From a virus (taxonomy: Duplodnaviria; Caudoviricetes), in the IMG/VR virus record IMGVR_UViG_3300033153_006571, positions 1 through 50,718 of that record: DNA of 50,718 bases. One strand, given 5' to 3'. Both the position numbers and the translations under genes were made by a program. How positions within the stretch are numbered: position 1 is the stretch's first letter; the number at the start of each line of letters is the position of its first letter. Shown piece by piece: positions 9,900 through 18,640 of this stretch. The notes beneath the pieces were generated by a model that saw only the letters and a program-made list of their open reading frames with translations, was not told the DNA's origin and ran no database searches.

Positions 9900-10781
9900 A
9901 TGGAAAAGCAAATTTTAAACAATCTTATCAAGGATTTAAAGAAAGCGCGGACCGAATTAACAGACAAGGAAGCAAGATACTTTGTAGACTTGTATTATCA
10001 GGTGCAGGAATTTAGAAAGGCAATAGACAACCAGATACGCAGTATTGTTGAGCCTGTGTACTATGACGAGGACGGCAAAAAGCGTAAGCCCACAGAAGAA
10101 GAAAAAGAGAGTTATGTACCCGAGCCACACGATAACCTAAATGTATTATCGGACATCATACATACTTTTGAAACACGGATAAAGGTAATGCTTGATGTTT
10201 ACACAAACAATCATATAGTAGGAAGATGGGCTAAGTCCATATGTGGGATAGGTCCTGTAATAGCAGCTGGCTTGTTGGCACACATTGACATTGAGAAAGC
10301 ACCGACAGCAGGGCATATATGGAGCTACGCAGGGCTGAACCCACAGCAGAAGTGGGCGAAGGGGCAAAAAAGACCATGGAATGCTTCATTGAAAGTCCTT
10401 TGCTGGAAAATAGGAGATTCCTTTAAGAAGCAAAAGTCAAGAGAAAACGATATATACGGGAAAATCCTTGATGAAAGAAAAACATATGAACAGCAGAGGA
10501 ATGAGAACGGCGAATATGCGGAACAGGCAAAAAGCATATTGCAGAAAAAAAATATAGGTAAAAGCACAGACGCCTATAAATGGTATTCACAAGGCATGTT
10601 GCCACCTGCGCACATACAGCAGAGAGCAGAAAGATATGCAACTAAGATATTTCTTTCTCATCTTCATACTTTTTGGTATACATATCATTATCAAACAAGA
10701 CCACCGAAGCCTTTTGCAATCAGTATATTAGGCCATGCACATGAAATTGAGCCGCCAAATATGCACATGCTTGCAGAATGA
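9900..10781 (+). CDS. tasA: TasA-like Nop-domain RNA-guided binding protein (IS110 C-terminal-related, no nuclease domain seen)
   Basis: N-terminal coiled coil, then SICGIGPVIAAGLLAHI...IWSYAGLNP...WNASLK. No N-terminal DEDD RuvC, no IS110 SG motif and no HNH recognised. Flanked by 36-nt arrays. Confidence 0.8.
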   Translation: MEKQILNNLIKDLKKARTELTDKEARYFVDLYYQVQEFRKAIDNQIRSIVEPVYYDEDGKKRKPTEEEKESYVPEPHDNLNVLSDIIHTFETRIKVMLDVYTNNHIVGRWAKSICGIGPVIAAGLLAHIDIEKAPTAGHIWSYAGLNPQQKWAKGQKRPWNASLKVLCWKIGDSFKKQKSRENDIYGKILDERKTYEQQRNENGEYAEQAKSILQKKNIGKSTDAYKWYSQGMLPPAHIQQRAERYATKIFLSHLHTFWYTYHYQTRPPKPFAISILGHAHEIEPPNMHMLAE

Positions 10782-10788
10782 TAGTTTT

Positions 10789-10906
10789 GAGTGAGCCACG
10801 GGGAATGAGAGTACCACAACTCGAGAGTGAACCATGTTACCAGATGGTTTCATCGAAAGCGAGTGAACCAATATTTGAGGAAGTTTCATAAGTGCCGAGC
10901 TAAAAA
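10789..10906 (+). ncRNA. TIGR-like dual-repeat guide array, 3 x 36-nt units (downstream)
   Basis: GAGTGAGCCA-cggggaat-GAGAGTACCA-caactcga-GAGTGAACCA-tgttacca-GATGGTTTCA-tcgaaagc-GAGTGAACCA-atatttga-GGAAGTTTCA-taagtgcc-GAGCTAAAAA. Confidence 0.85.
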
Positions 10907-10986
10907 TCAAAAAAAAGGGGGGATATCATGCGCAATTACATAAGTACAGCAAAAACATAACGGAAGTAAAAGAAAGGAGAATAGAT

Positions 10987-11328
10987 ATGAGAAACAAAAA
11001 TCACTTTAGACAAGGAGATGTAGGCATCACTAAGACGAACAAAAAATTCGATAGCAAAAAGATGAAAAAAGTAAAGCCTGTAAACAATAGAGTGATATTA
11101 GCTTACGGTGAAGCAACTGGACATCATCATAGTATAGCATTAGCTGATTATCCCGAAACAGAATTATTTGAAATCGTAGGTGAGGCAGAAAAATTATTGA
11201 AAGTGGCTGAACCTGGTACTAAAATAACACATCAAGAACATGGAGCAATTTGGTTGTCGCCAGGCTGGTACGAAATTCATCATCAGGTTGAGTATGACCC
11301 GGAAGGCGAAAGGAGGGTAATGGATTGA
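10987..11328 (+). CDS. His-motif phage protein (usual partner of DUF6745 proteins)
   Basis: RQGDV, GEATGHHH and HQEH motifs; its stop overlaps the next start. Confidence 0.65.
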   Translation: MRNKNHFRQGDVGITKTNKKFDSKKMKKVKPVNNRVILAYGEATGHHHSIALADYPETELFEIVGEAEKLLKVAEPGTKITHQEHGAIWLSPGWYEIHHQVEYDPEGERRVMD

Positions 11329-12611
11329 TCACACATCTAACCGCAGAACAGGAAGCAAAATTTCCTGAATATGTGAAAAAGTGGACTGAGATAGGTGGAT
11401 GCACAAAGCCTGCTGATAGAGTTAATGCAGAAAAAGCTATTAATGTAATGTATAAAATAGCGGGCCTATATCCGCCTAAAATAATCTGGTGTGGAAGTCC
11501 TTTAGGAAACGCTTTGACAAGAGCGATTGTAATCAAAATAGCTTCGGTCGGGGATTCGGTATGGGCTTCGGTCAGAGATTCGGTCGTGGCTTCGGTCAGA
11601 GATTCGGTCGTGGCTTCGGTCGTAGCTTCGGTCGTAGCTTCGGTCGTGGATTCGGTCTGGGCTTCGGTCAGGGCTTCGGTCGGGGATTCGGTCTGGGCTT
11701 CGGTCGGGGATTCGGTCGGGGATTCGGTCGGGGCTTCGGTCGGGGATTCGGTATGGGCTTCGGTCAGAGATTCGGTCGTGGCTTCGGTCAGAGATTCGGT
11801 CGTGGCTTCGGCCTATGAATCGGTCGGGGCTTCGGTCATGGCTTCGGTCGTGGATTCGGTCTGGGCTTCGGTCAGGGCTTCGGTCGGGGATTCGGTCAGG
11901 GCTTCGGTCGGGGATTCGGTCTGGGCTTCGGTCGGGGATTCGGTCGGGGATTCGGTCTGGGCTTCGGTCAGAGATTCGGTCGGGATGTCAGTATATGGGC
12001 AACATGATGCGAATTGGTTAAGTTTTTTCGATTATTTTAGCAATGAACTTAGTATCAACCTTTCTCAACTTAGGGGATTATGGTTATTGTGCAAATCTGC
12101 AGGATGGGCACTGCCGCACAAAAATATTTGTTGGGTATCCGAGCGGCATAATATTTTAAGAAAAGACGAACAAGGGAGATTACATTGTGAAAATGGTGTA
12201 GCCTTACAATACCCTGATGGATGGAGTCTATATTATTATCATGGGGTAAAGGTGCCTGAATGGGTAATAGAAAAGCCTCATACTATAACACCTAATACAA
12301 TTTTTACGGAAAAAAATGCAGAAATAAGACGTGTTATGATTGAGAAGTTTGGACGGGAAAAGTTTTTGTCTTTACCTACTTGCAAAAAGATTCATACAGA
12401 CGAATGGGGCACGTTATACAGGAACGAGGCAATACGAGACATTAATAGCGAACCATACTGTTTCGTAAAAGTTGTAAATAGTACTCCGGAACCGGATGGA
12501 ACATTTAGGGATTATATCCTGCGCGTCAGTCCGCGTTGTAAAACTGCGCAAGAAGCTGTACAAAGCACTTTCCCTCGTATAGAAAATTTTATGCCTATAG
12601 TTGAAAAATAG
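11325..12611 (+). CDS. DUF6745-like protein with SVxx tetrapeptide repeats
   Basis: YGQHDANWL, GRLHCENG, NAEIRRVMIE and VVNSTPEPDG motifs. Confidence 0.75.
   Translation: MITHLTAEQEAKFPEYVKKWTEIGGCTKPADRVNAEKAINVMYKIAGLYPPKIIWCGSPLGNALTRAIVIKIASVGDSVWASVRDSVVASVRDSVVASVVASVVASVVDSVWASVRASVGDSVWASVGDSVGDSVGASVGDSVWASVRDSVVASVRDSVVASAYESVGASVMASVVDSVWASVRASVGDSVRASVGDSVWASVGDSVGDSVWASVRDSVGMSVYGQHDANWLSFFDYFSNELSINLSQLRGLWLLCKSAGWALPHKNICWVSERHNILRKDEQGRLHCENGVALQYPDGWSLYYYHGVKVPEWVIEKPHTITPNTIFTEKNAEIRRVMIEKFGREKFLSLPTCKKIHTDEWGTLYRNEAIRDINSEPYCFVKVVNSTPEPDGTFRDYILRVSPRCKTAQEAVQSTFPRIENFMPIVEK
11541..11987 (+). repeat. Coding 12-bp tandem repeat G(C/A)TTCGGTnnnn
   Basis: More than 30 visible units encoding (A/D)SVx. 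Confidence 0.95.
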
Positions 12612-12642
12612 ATAATATAGAATTGGGGAAAGGAGGGGGTAA

Positions 12643-12825
12643 ATGATGGCATCAGAATTACAGAGGGCAATCTTAATATTGGCTTGCGTTATTACGCTCA
12701 TGGCTGTCGGATGGGGGATGCACGACATGTGGCTAGAGTGGAAAAAGCTTATAAGCGAGTCCAGAAACGTAAGATTAAATATTTTAAACTCAACGGCTTC
12801 AAATGATGATGAAAATTTCAGATAA
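12643..12825 (+). CDS. Small membrane protein
   Basis: Strong RBS; one hydrophobic segment. Confidence 0.5.
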   Translation: MMASELQRAILILACVITLMAVGWGMHDMWLEWKKLISESRNVRLNILNSTASNDDENFR

Positions 12826-12990
12826 GTACAACAAAAACATTACGTCTGTGACTGATTATGAATGGAATAGCTGCATTAATTTTGCTTTTAATAATTTTAT
12901 GAACTTTTAACTAGCTTTGAAAGAGTTGACATTGACACATTTGTCGAAGAAGTCGTAAAGGCTATATATTTTTTGAAGGAGGTGTAGAGG

Positions 12991-13467
12991 GTGGATAGAC
13001 AGAAACTTGATAAAATATTGCGGGAGCATAAGAAATGGGTAAACAATGAAGGCGGGAGGAAAGCAGACCTGAGAGGGGCAGACCTGAGAGGAGCAGGCCT
13101 GAGAGGAGCAGACCTGAGAAAAGCAGACCTGAGAAAAGCAGACCTGAGAGAAGCAGACCTGAGAGAAGCAGACCTGAGAGAAGCAGACCTGAGAATGGCA
13201 GTCCTGAGAATGGCAGTCCTGAGAGAAGCAGACCTGAGAGAAGCAGACCTGAGAAAAGCAGACCTGAGAGAAGCAGACATTGATTTTTCAGCTTGGCCTT
13301 TATGGTGCTGCAGTTTCGATGTGGTAGTTGACAAAAGGATAGCTGCGCAGTTAGCATATCATTTTTGCAGGCTTGTCTGTGATGATGATGAAGTCAAGAA
13401 CGCCCAGAAAGCACTTAAGAAAATTGCAAACCAGTTTCACAGAGTCGATGAATGCGGGGAGGTTTAG
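12991..13467 (+). CDS. Pentapeptide repeat protein
   Basis: [15 protein letters not shown] repeats from a 15-bp tandem unit at about 13063-13278. Confidence 0.9.
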   Translation: MDRQKLDKILREHKKWVNNEGGRKADLRGADLRGAGLRGADLRKADLRKADLREADLREADLREADLRMAVLRMAVLREADLREADLRKADLREADIDFSAWPLWCCSFDVVVDKRIAAQLAYHFCRLVCDDDEVKNAQKALKKIANQFHRVDECGEV

Positions 13468-13980
13468 ATGAACAGAGCAAAAATATCTGAAATGTGCGAA
13501 AAGAATCAGGGGCTTGTAAGGTATTTTGCAAATAAATACCTTCGCTTTGTGCCTCAAAAGTGGCACGACGACATAATTTCAGAAGCTCAATTCGCACTTT
13601 ACAGGTCCTGTGTGCATTTCGATAAAAACAAAGACATTAAGTTTTCTACATATGCAGGGTTCAGCATATCGAGGGATCTTCAAAAGTTATATAACAGGAA
13701 AATTAAGAAATATTATTCAAATGAAATTTCTATGCAGGAAACAGCTTATGCCGATGATGAAGGAGTGGAACTTGAACTTGGTGAAAGAATAGGATACGAG
13801 CAGGATTTTGACAGCATGGACATTTTGAGGGAAGCAAAGGAAAACAAGTACCTGAGAGGCGTAATGTTAGGCTATACGCAGAAAGAAATCGCAAAAATGG
13901 ACAACGTGTCGCAGGCACATGTTAGCAGGAAGGTAAGAAAGGCATGTAAAGAGCTTAAAAAAGAGTTCTCAATTAATTAG
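13468..13980 (+). CDS. Sigma-70 family RNA polymerase sigma factor
   Basis: NQGLVRYFA, FDKNKDIKFSTYA (region 2) and C-terminal HTH TQKEIAKMDNVSQAHVSR. Confidence 0.85.
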   Translation: MNRAKISEMCEKNQGLVRYFANKYLRFVPQKWHDDIISEAQFALYRSCVHFDKNKDIKFSTYAGFSISRDLQKLYNRKIKKYYSNEISMQETAYADDEGVELELGERIGYEQDFDSMDILREAKENKYLRGVMLGYTQKEIAKMDNVSQAHVSRKVRKACKELKKEFSIN

Positions 13981-13996
13981 AGAGGGGAAATGTGAA

Positions 13997-14293
13997 ATGC
14001 CATCAGTTTTAGAGGCATATATTAGGGAAAAGGCAAAGAAGGAAATACAGTCTGCCCAAAAGGATCTTCTTGATATTTTGTATGCAAAAGTGGAGAGATG
14101 CGGCAAGGAAAAGGCTTTAATGGTAGGTTCTGCCAAGAGTGCTTTAATGTTAATCGAGGCTATTCATAATCACGGGCTTTATAATCTTGACATGGAGTAT
14201 TTCAAGGACACAGGGTACGGTTTAGGATCTATTGTAAAAGTTATTGAAACCAGAGAAGAGAACGAAAGGAGAAAAGCTAATGAAGCTAAATAG
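13997..14293 (+). CDS. Hypothetical protein
   Basis: 98-aa ORF with RBS inside the early operon. Confidence 0.55.
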   Translation: MPSVLEAYIREKAKKEIQSAQKDLLDILYAKVERCGKEKALMVGSAKSALMLIEAIHNHGLYNLDMEYFKDTGYGLGSIVKVIETREENERRKANEAK

Positions 14294-16226
14294 CTTATCT
14301 ATAAAAAATTTCAAGGGTATTAAGTCGTTTGAATTTATTGCAAATGGGAAGTACACAACAATTTACGGAAACAACGGCACAGGTAAGACCACAGTGTTTG
14401 ACGCCTTTACATGGCTTTTGTTCGACAAAGACAGCATGAACAAAAGCAACTTTGAGATAAAGCCTTTGGCCGAGAATAACGAGCCTATTCATGGGCTTGA
14501 AAGCGAGGTTGAGGCCGTGTTAGATATAGACGGCATGGAGCTCATTTTAAAGAAGGTGTTTAAAGAAAAATGGACAAAGGCGAGAGGCGCGGCAAAACAG
14601 GTCTTTTCAGGACATACAACAGATTATTATATAGATGAAGTCCCCGTAAAGAAAAAAGACTTCACGGACAAAATCTCTGAACTTGCTGATGAATCAGTGT
14701 TTAAGCTGCTCACAAATCCTTTCTACTTTAACGAACACCTCCACTGGAAAGAGCAGAGGGACATTCTTGTTAAGGTATGCGGCGACATATCGGACAATGA
14801 AGTTGTAAGCAAAAATGACAAACTTGCAAAGTTGGCTGACGTAATCGGCAAAAGAACGATTGAACAGCACAAGGCGGTAATCAAGGAAAAGCAGAAAAAA
14901 ATCAATGGCAGGCTTGAATCTATTCCCGACAGGATAGATGAAGTCAATCGGGGGAAACCAGACATTTCAGGGATGGACTTTGAGGATTTGAGAATACGCA
15001 TACAAGGCTACACGGAAGGGATAGAGCAATCAAGACAGCAATTGAGCGACATCAAGAATAATATCGACGTGGCAAAAAAACAGAGAGAAATCGTACAAAT
15101 TGAAACAGAGCTTATCAAGCTTGAGAATGAACACGGGAAAAAGTTAAAGAAAGAACTTGCGGAGTTGGGGAAAAAGAAGGGGAATATCGAGGATGACATT
15201 TGCAAGAAAGACAGAGCCATTGCACGAATACAGGAGGACATTGACGAGCTGGAAGCAAGTATCAAAACCATAGAAAAAGACAAGAAAGAGCTTCTTGAAA
15301 AATATCACGAGCTTGATAAAAGTGAATTTGTGTCTCCCGAAGCTAAAACCATTTGTTCTTCATGCGGGCAGGAGTTACCAGAGGAACAAATTGAGGAAGC
15401 CAGACGTAAATCCCTTGAAAACTTCAATCTTGAGAAGTCTGAAAAGATTAAAAAAATCAAGACCGAGGGTTTAGACAAAAAGACTAAGCTTGAAAACAAA
15501 AAAGCCGAACTCGATAAACTTAAAACAAAAAAGACAGACTTGTCAACAGAAGTAAGCCAGCTCAACTCAAAACTGGATGGCATTATTGCGGAAATCGAAG
15601 AACTGAGCGAATCTATAGGCGACGTGAAGGAATCAAAAACTTATAAGGAAAAGCTTGCGGCAAAAGAAAAGCTTAAGTCAGAGATAGTGTTCATAAGAGA
15701 AAGCAGAGCAAATGAAACTAAGGCACTTGAAGAATCAATCGAAGCTGTTGAAAAGGAGATTGAAAAGCTTCAGATTGAGGTTGCAAAAGAACAACAATTC
15801 AAGGACGCAAACAGTCGAATTAAAGAACTTAGAGAAGAAGAACGCAAGCTAGCGGCTGAGATTGAAAAGCTTGAGGAAGAATTATACCTTTGTGAAGAAT
15901 TTGAAAGAACTCAGGCTGAAATGCTAGAGTCAAAAGTCAACAACAGGTTTCAAATAGCAAACTTCAAACTTTTTAAAAATTTTGTAAACGGCGGTAATGA
16001 TCTGTGTTGCGAAATGACAATCAATGGCGTTCCTTACAACAGCTTAAACCATGGGTCCAAGGTTAACGGGGGATTGGACATTATTAATGTGCTATCGGAA
16101 TTTTATAGTTTTGAGGCTCCAATATTCATTGATTTTGCCGAGTCGGTCACAAGCTTATTACCGACAAAGGCACAGACCATAAAGCTTGTTGTGTCAGAAA
16201 AAGACAAGAAATTAAGGGTTGAGTAA
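14280..16226 (+). CDS. Rad50/SbcC-like AAA ATPase
   Basis: NFKGIK, Walker A GNNGTGKT, long coiled coil with CSSC hook, C-terminal PIFIDFAES. Confidence 0.85.
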   Translation: MKLNSLSIKNFKGIKSFEFIANGKYTTIYGNNGTGKTTVFDAFTWLLFDKDSMNKSNFEIKPLAENNEPIHGLESEVEAVLDIDGMELILKKVFKEKWTKARGAAKQVFSGHTTDYYIDEVPVKKKDFTDKISELADESVFKLLTNPFYFNEHLHWKEQRDILVKVCGDISDNEVVSKNDKLAKLADVIGKRTIEQHKAVIKEKQKKINGRLESIPDRIDEVNRGKPDISGMDFEDLRIRIQGYTEGIEQSRQQLSDIKNNIDVAKKQREIVQIETELIKLENEHGKKLKKELAELGKKKGNIEDDICKKDRAIARIQEDIDELEASIKTIEKDKKELLEKYHELDKSEFVSPEAKTICSSCGQELPEEQIEEARRKSLENFNLEKSEKIKKIKTEGLDKKTKLENKKAELDKLKTKKTDLSTEVSQLNSKLDGIIAEIEELSESIGDVKESKTYKEKLAAKEKLKSEIVFIRESRANETKALEESIEAVEKEIEKLQIEVAKEQQFKDANSRIKELREEERKLAAEIEKLEEELYLCEEFERTQAEMLESKVNNRFQIANFKLFKNFVNGGNDLCCEMTINGVPYNSLNHGSKVNGGLDIINVLSEFYSFEAPIFIDFAESVTSLLPTKAQTIKLVVSEKDKKLRVE

Positions 16227-16269
16227 TTTAATGCGTGCTGTCTAAAAAAATAAACAGGAGGTAATTGTT

Positions 16270-17163
16270 ATGGCAAATCAATTAGCATTAATTAAGCGTG
16301 ACACCGTTGATGTGGTGGCCGCAAAGGTAAGAGAGTTTCAGGAGAAGGGAGAGCTTCATTTTCCCCCGAACTATTCACCTGAAAATGCAATGAAATCAGC
16401 ATGGTTGACATTACAGGAAACAGTTGACAGGAACAAAAAGCCCGCACTGGAAGTTTGCACAAAAGACAGTATTGCAAATGCATTACTGGACATGGTTATT
16501 CAAGGCCTTTCCCCTGCAAAGAAACAATGTTACTTCATTGTGTACGGAAACAAACTACAGCTTCAACGGTCATATTTCGGCACAGAGTCAGCAGTCAAAA
16601 GGATTCTAAAAGATTGCGAAATCTTTTCTCAGGTAGTTTATAAGGGGGATGTGTTTGAGTATGAGATAAGAGGGGCTAACAAGTTTATAACCAAGCACGG
16701 TCAGAAACTCGAGAATGTAAATGGGAAAAACATTCTAGCTGCGTATTGTGTAATTATGTATGACAGTGGCAATAAGCAGTATACAGAGATTATGACATTT
16801 GATGAGATTAAGCAAGCCTGGAAACAAAGCAAGGTGGCGCCTATTGATGCAAGTGGGAACGTTAAGGCAGACAGCACTCATGGGAAATTCACTCAGGAAA
16901 TGGCAAAGAAAACCGTCATAAACAGGGCTTGCAAGAACTTCATCAACACTTCTGATGATAGCGACCTTGTTATATCTACTTTCAATAGAACTACAGAGAA
17001 CGAGTACATTGAGGAAGAAGATGTACAGGCTGAGATTGAAGAAAATGCGAATAGTGAAGTTATTGACGTTACGTCTGAGCCTGAGCCTGAGCCAGAGACA
17101 GATACAGCATATGAAGCACCGAGCCCAACTGATACTGCGACTAAATCAGGTGATCCGTTCTAA
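16270..17163 (+). CDS. recT: RecT family single-strand annealing recombinase
   Basis: SIANALLDMVIQGLSPAKKQCYFIVYG, EMAKKTVINR and an acidic tail. Confidence 0.9.
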   Translation: MANQLALIKRDTVDVVAAKVREFQEKGELHFPPNYSPENAMKSAWLTLQETVDRNKKPALEVCTKDSIANALLDMVIQGLSPAKKQCYFIVYGNKLQLQRSYFGTESAVKRILKDCEIFSQVVYKGDVFEYEIRGANKFITKHGQKLENVNGKNILAAYCVIMYDSGNKQYTEIMTFDEIKQAWKQSKVAPIDASGNVKADSTHGKFTQEMAKKTVINRACKNFINTSDDSDLVISTFNRTTENEYIEEEDVQAEIEENANSEVIDVTSEPEPEPETDTAYEAPSPTDTATKSGDPF

Positions 17164-17185
17164 TAATTTGAGGAGGTTTGCTTAA

Positions 17186-17926
17186 ATGAAAATAACAAAG
17201 GAATTACTTCAAAAAAAAGGTGCTTGCAAGAGAGGTATAGAGTGGTTTAAGGAACGCTTTCCGAATGGCACTACTATTGAAGAAGCAGTAAAAGAACTGG
17301 CGGAAGGAAATATTGATACTGATTTTGTGTGGTGGTTTTATGAACATGTGCAACAAGACGCTAGATTGTATGTTCTATGTGGCGTAATTAATTCATTCGG
17401 CGTGAATGGGTCTTATGGCGTGAATGGGTCTTATGGCGTGAGTTGGTCTAATGGCGTGAATGTGTCTTATGGCGTGAATAGGTCTGATGGCGTGAATGGG
17501 TCTTATGGCGTGAGTTGGTCTAATGGCGTGAGTTGGTCTAATGGCGTGAATGGGTCTGATGGCGTGAGTTGGTCTTATGGCGTGAATGGGTCTTATGGGG
17601 TAATTAACAGCTATGGAGTCGACGCCGCTTTATTTTTGGCGAATAAGCCACGCACTTACAGCATATTTGGCAATGAAGTGTCGGAAGAAAGGTTTATTGA
17701 GGTTAGAAAGAGTTTTTTTGAAAAACTTAATAACTGGAAGCCGACATTTAACAATATTAAGACGAAACATGGTTCAGACTGGAAAGAAGCGCCCATAAAA
17801 AACGCAAAAGCACTATCAAAAGATGAGGCATGGAAGGATATGCCGAAAGAAGCCATAGAATACCTTAAGTCATTGCCCGAATTTGATTCTGACATATTCT
17901 ATGAAGTGACAGGGATAAGAGCGTAA
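17186..17926 (+). CDS. Hexapeptide-repeat (GVNGSY/GVSWSN) protein
   Basis: 18-bp tandem repeats at about 17381-17620; C-terminal LPEFDSDIFYEVTGI. Confidence 0.7.
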   Translation: MKITKELLQKKGACKRGIEWFKERFPNGTTIEEAVKELAEGNIDTDFVWWFYEHVQQDARLYVLCGVINSFGVNGSYGVNGSYGVSWSNGVNVSYGVNRSDGVNGSYGVSWSNGVSWSNGVNGSDGVSWSYGVNGSYGVINSYGVDAALFLANKPRTYSIFGNEVSEERFIEVRKSFFEKLNNWKPTFNNIKTKHGSDWKEAPIKNAKALSKDEAWKDMPKEAIEYLKSLPEFDSDIFYEVTGIRA

Positions 17927-18627
17927 TGGACATTCAGGTAATCGCTTCTGGCAGCAGAGGAAATTGCTATCGAGTATCAGACGGCAAGACTTCCCTGCTG
18001 CTGGAAGCAGGCATAAATATAGCGAGAATTAAAAGAGCCTTGAATTTTAGACTGTCAGACATAGCCGGTGTGCTTGTAAGCCATGAGCACAAAGACCACT
18101 CAAAGGCTTGCGGCGACTTGATAAGGGCAGGAATTGACATATACACAAGCAGAGGTACAGCAGATGTCATGGAACTTGCAGGGCACAGGGTACACGCAAT
18201 TGAAAGCAAGAAACAATTTGTTATTAGGACATTCACAGTGTTACCTTTTGACACGCGGCATGACGCAGCAGAGCCATTGGGGTTTTTGCTGTACAGCAAG
18301 ACCACAGGCGAAAAACTCCTGTTTGCTACAGACACTTACTATGTCAAGTACAAGTTTAAGGGTTTGACTCATGTTATGGTTGAGTGCAATTATTCGGCTG
18401 ATATTTTGGATTTAAATATTGCAGAAGGTAATATATCTCCTGCGCTCAAAAAACGCTTAATACAGTCACATTTTTCGCTAGAGAACGTGAAGGAATTTTT
18501 GAGGGCAAATGACTTGTCAAAGGTGAAGGAAATATACTTGCTTCACCATTCGGCACAGAACATTGACATAGAGCAGGCAAAGAAAGAGATTCAAGGCATT
18601 ACGGGTAAGGTGGTAATTATAGCATAA
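17926..18627 (+). CDS. MBL-fold metallo-hydrolase (probable exonuclease)
   Basis: ASGSRGNC, SHEHKDH, HDAAEP and ATDT motifs. Confidence 0.9.
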   Translation: MDIQVIASGSRGNCYRVSDGKTSLLLEAGINIARIKRALNFRLSDIAGVLVSHEHKDHSKACGDLIRAGIDIYTSRGTADVMELAGHRVHAIESKKQFVIRTFTVLPFDTRHDAAEPLGFLLYSKTTGEKLLFATDTYYVKYKFKGLTHVMVECNYSADILDLNIAEGNISPALKKRLIQSHFSLENVKEFLRANDLSKVKEIYLLHHSAQNIDIEQAKKEIQGITGKVVIIA

Positions 18628-18640
18628 AGGACGTGGGTTA

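Noticed and set aside
9900-10781. IS110 transposase or insertion sequence
   Set aside because: No N-terminal DEDD RuvC domain and no SG motif after GLNP; the flanks are periodic arrays.
9691-10906. CRISPR mini-array
   Set aside because: Repeats are 10 nt and alternate between two types, spacers are 8 nt, and no cas gene was recognised; the TIGR architecture fits much better.
9705-10910. Minus-strand ORFs 9705-9911 and 10728-10910
   Set aside because: Their MxHS periodicity is the antisense reading of the 36-nt arrays, and both overlap the ends of the TasA-like gene.
11489-13357. Alternate-frame ORFs (GRGFG, RSGL, LRSA, SGLL repeats) and similar ones at 20798-21246 and 48019-48468
   Set aside because: Shadow ORFs caused by stop-free coding tandem repeats.
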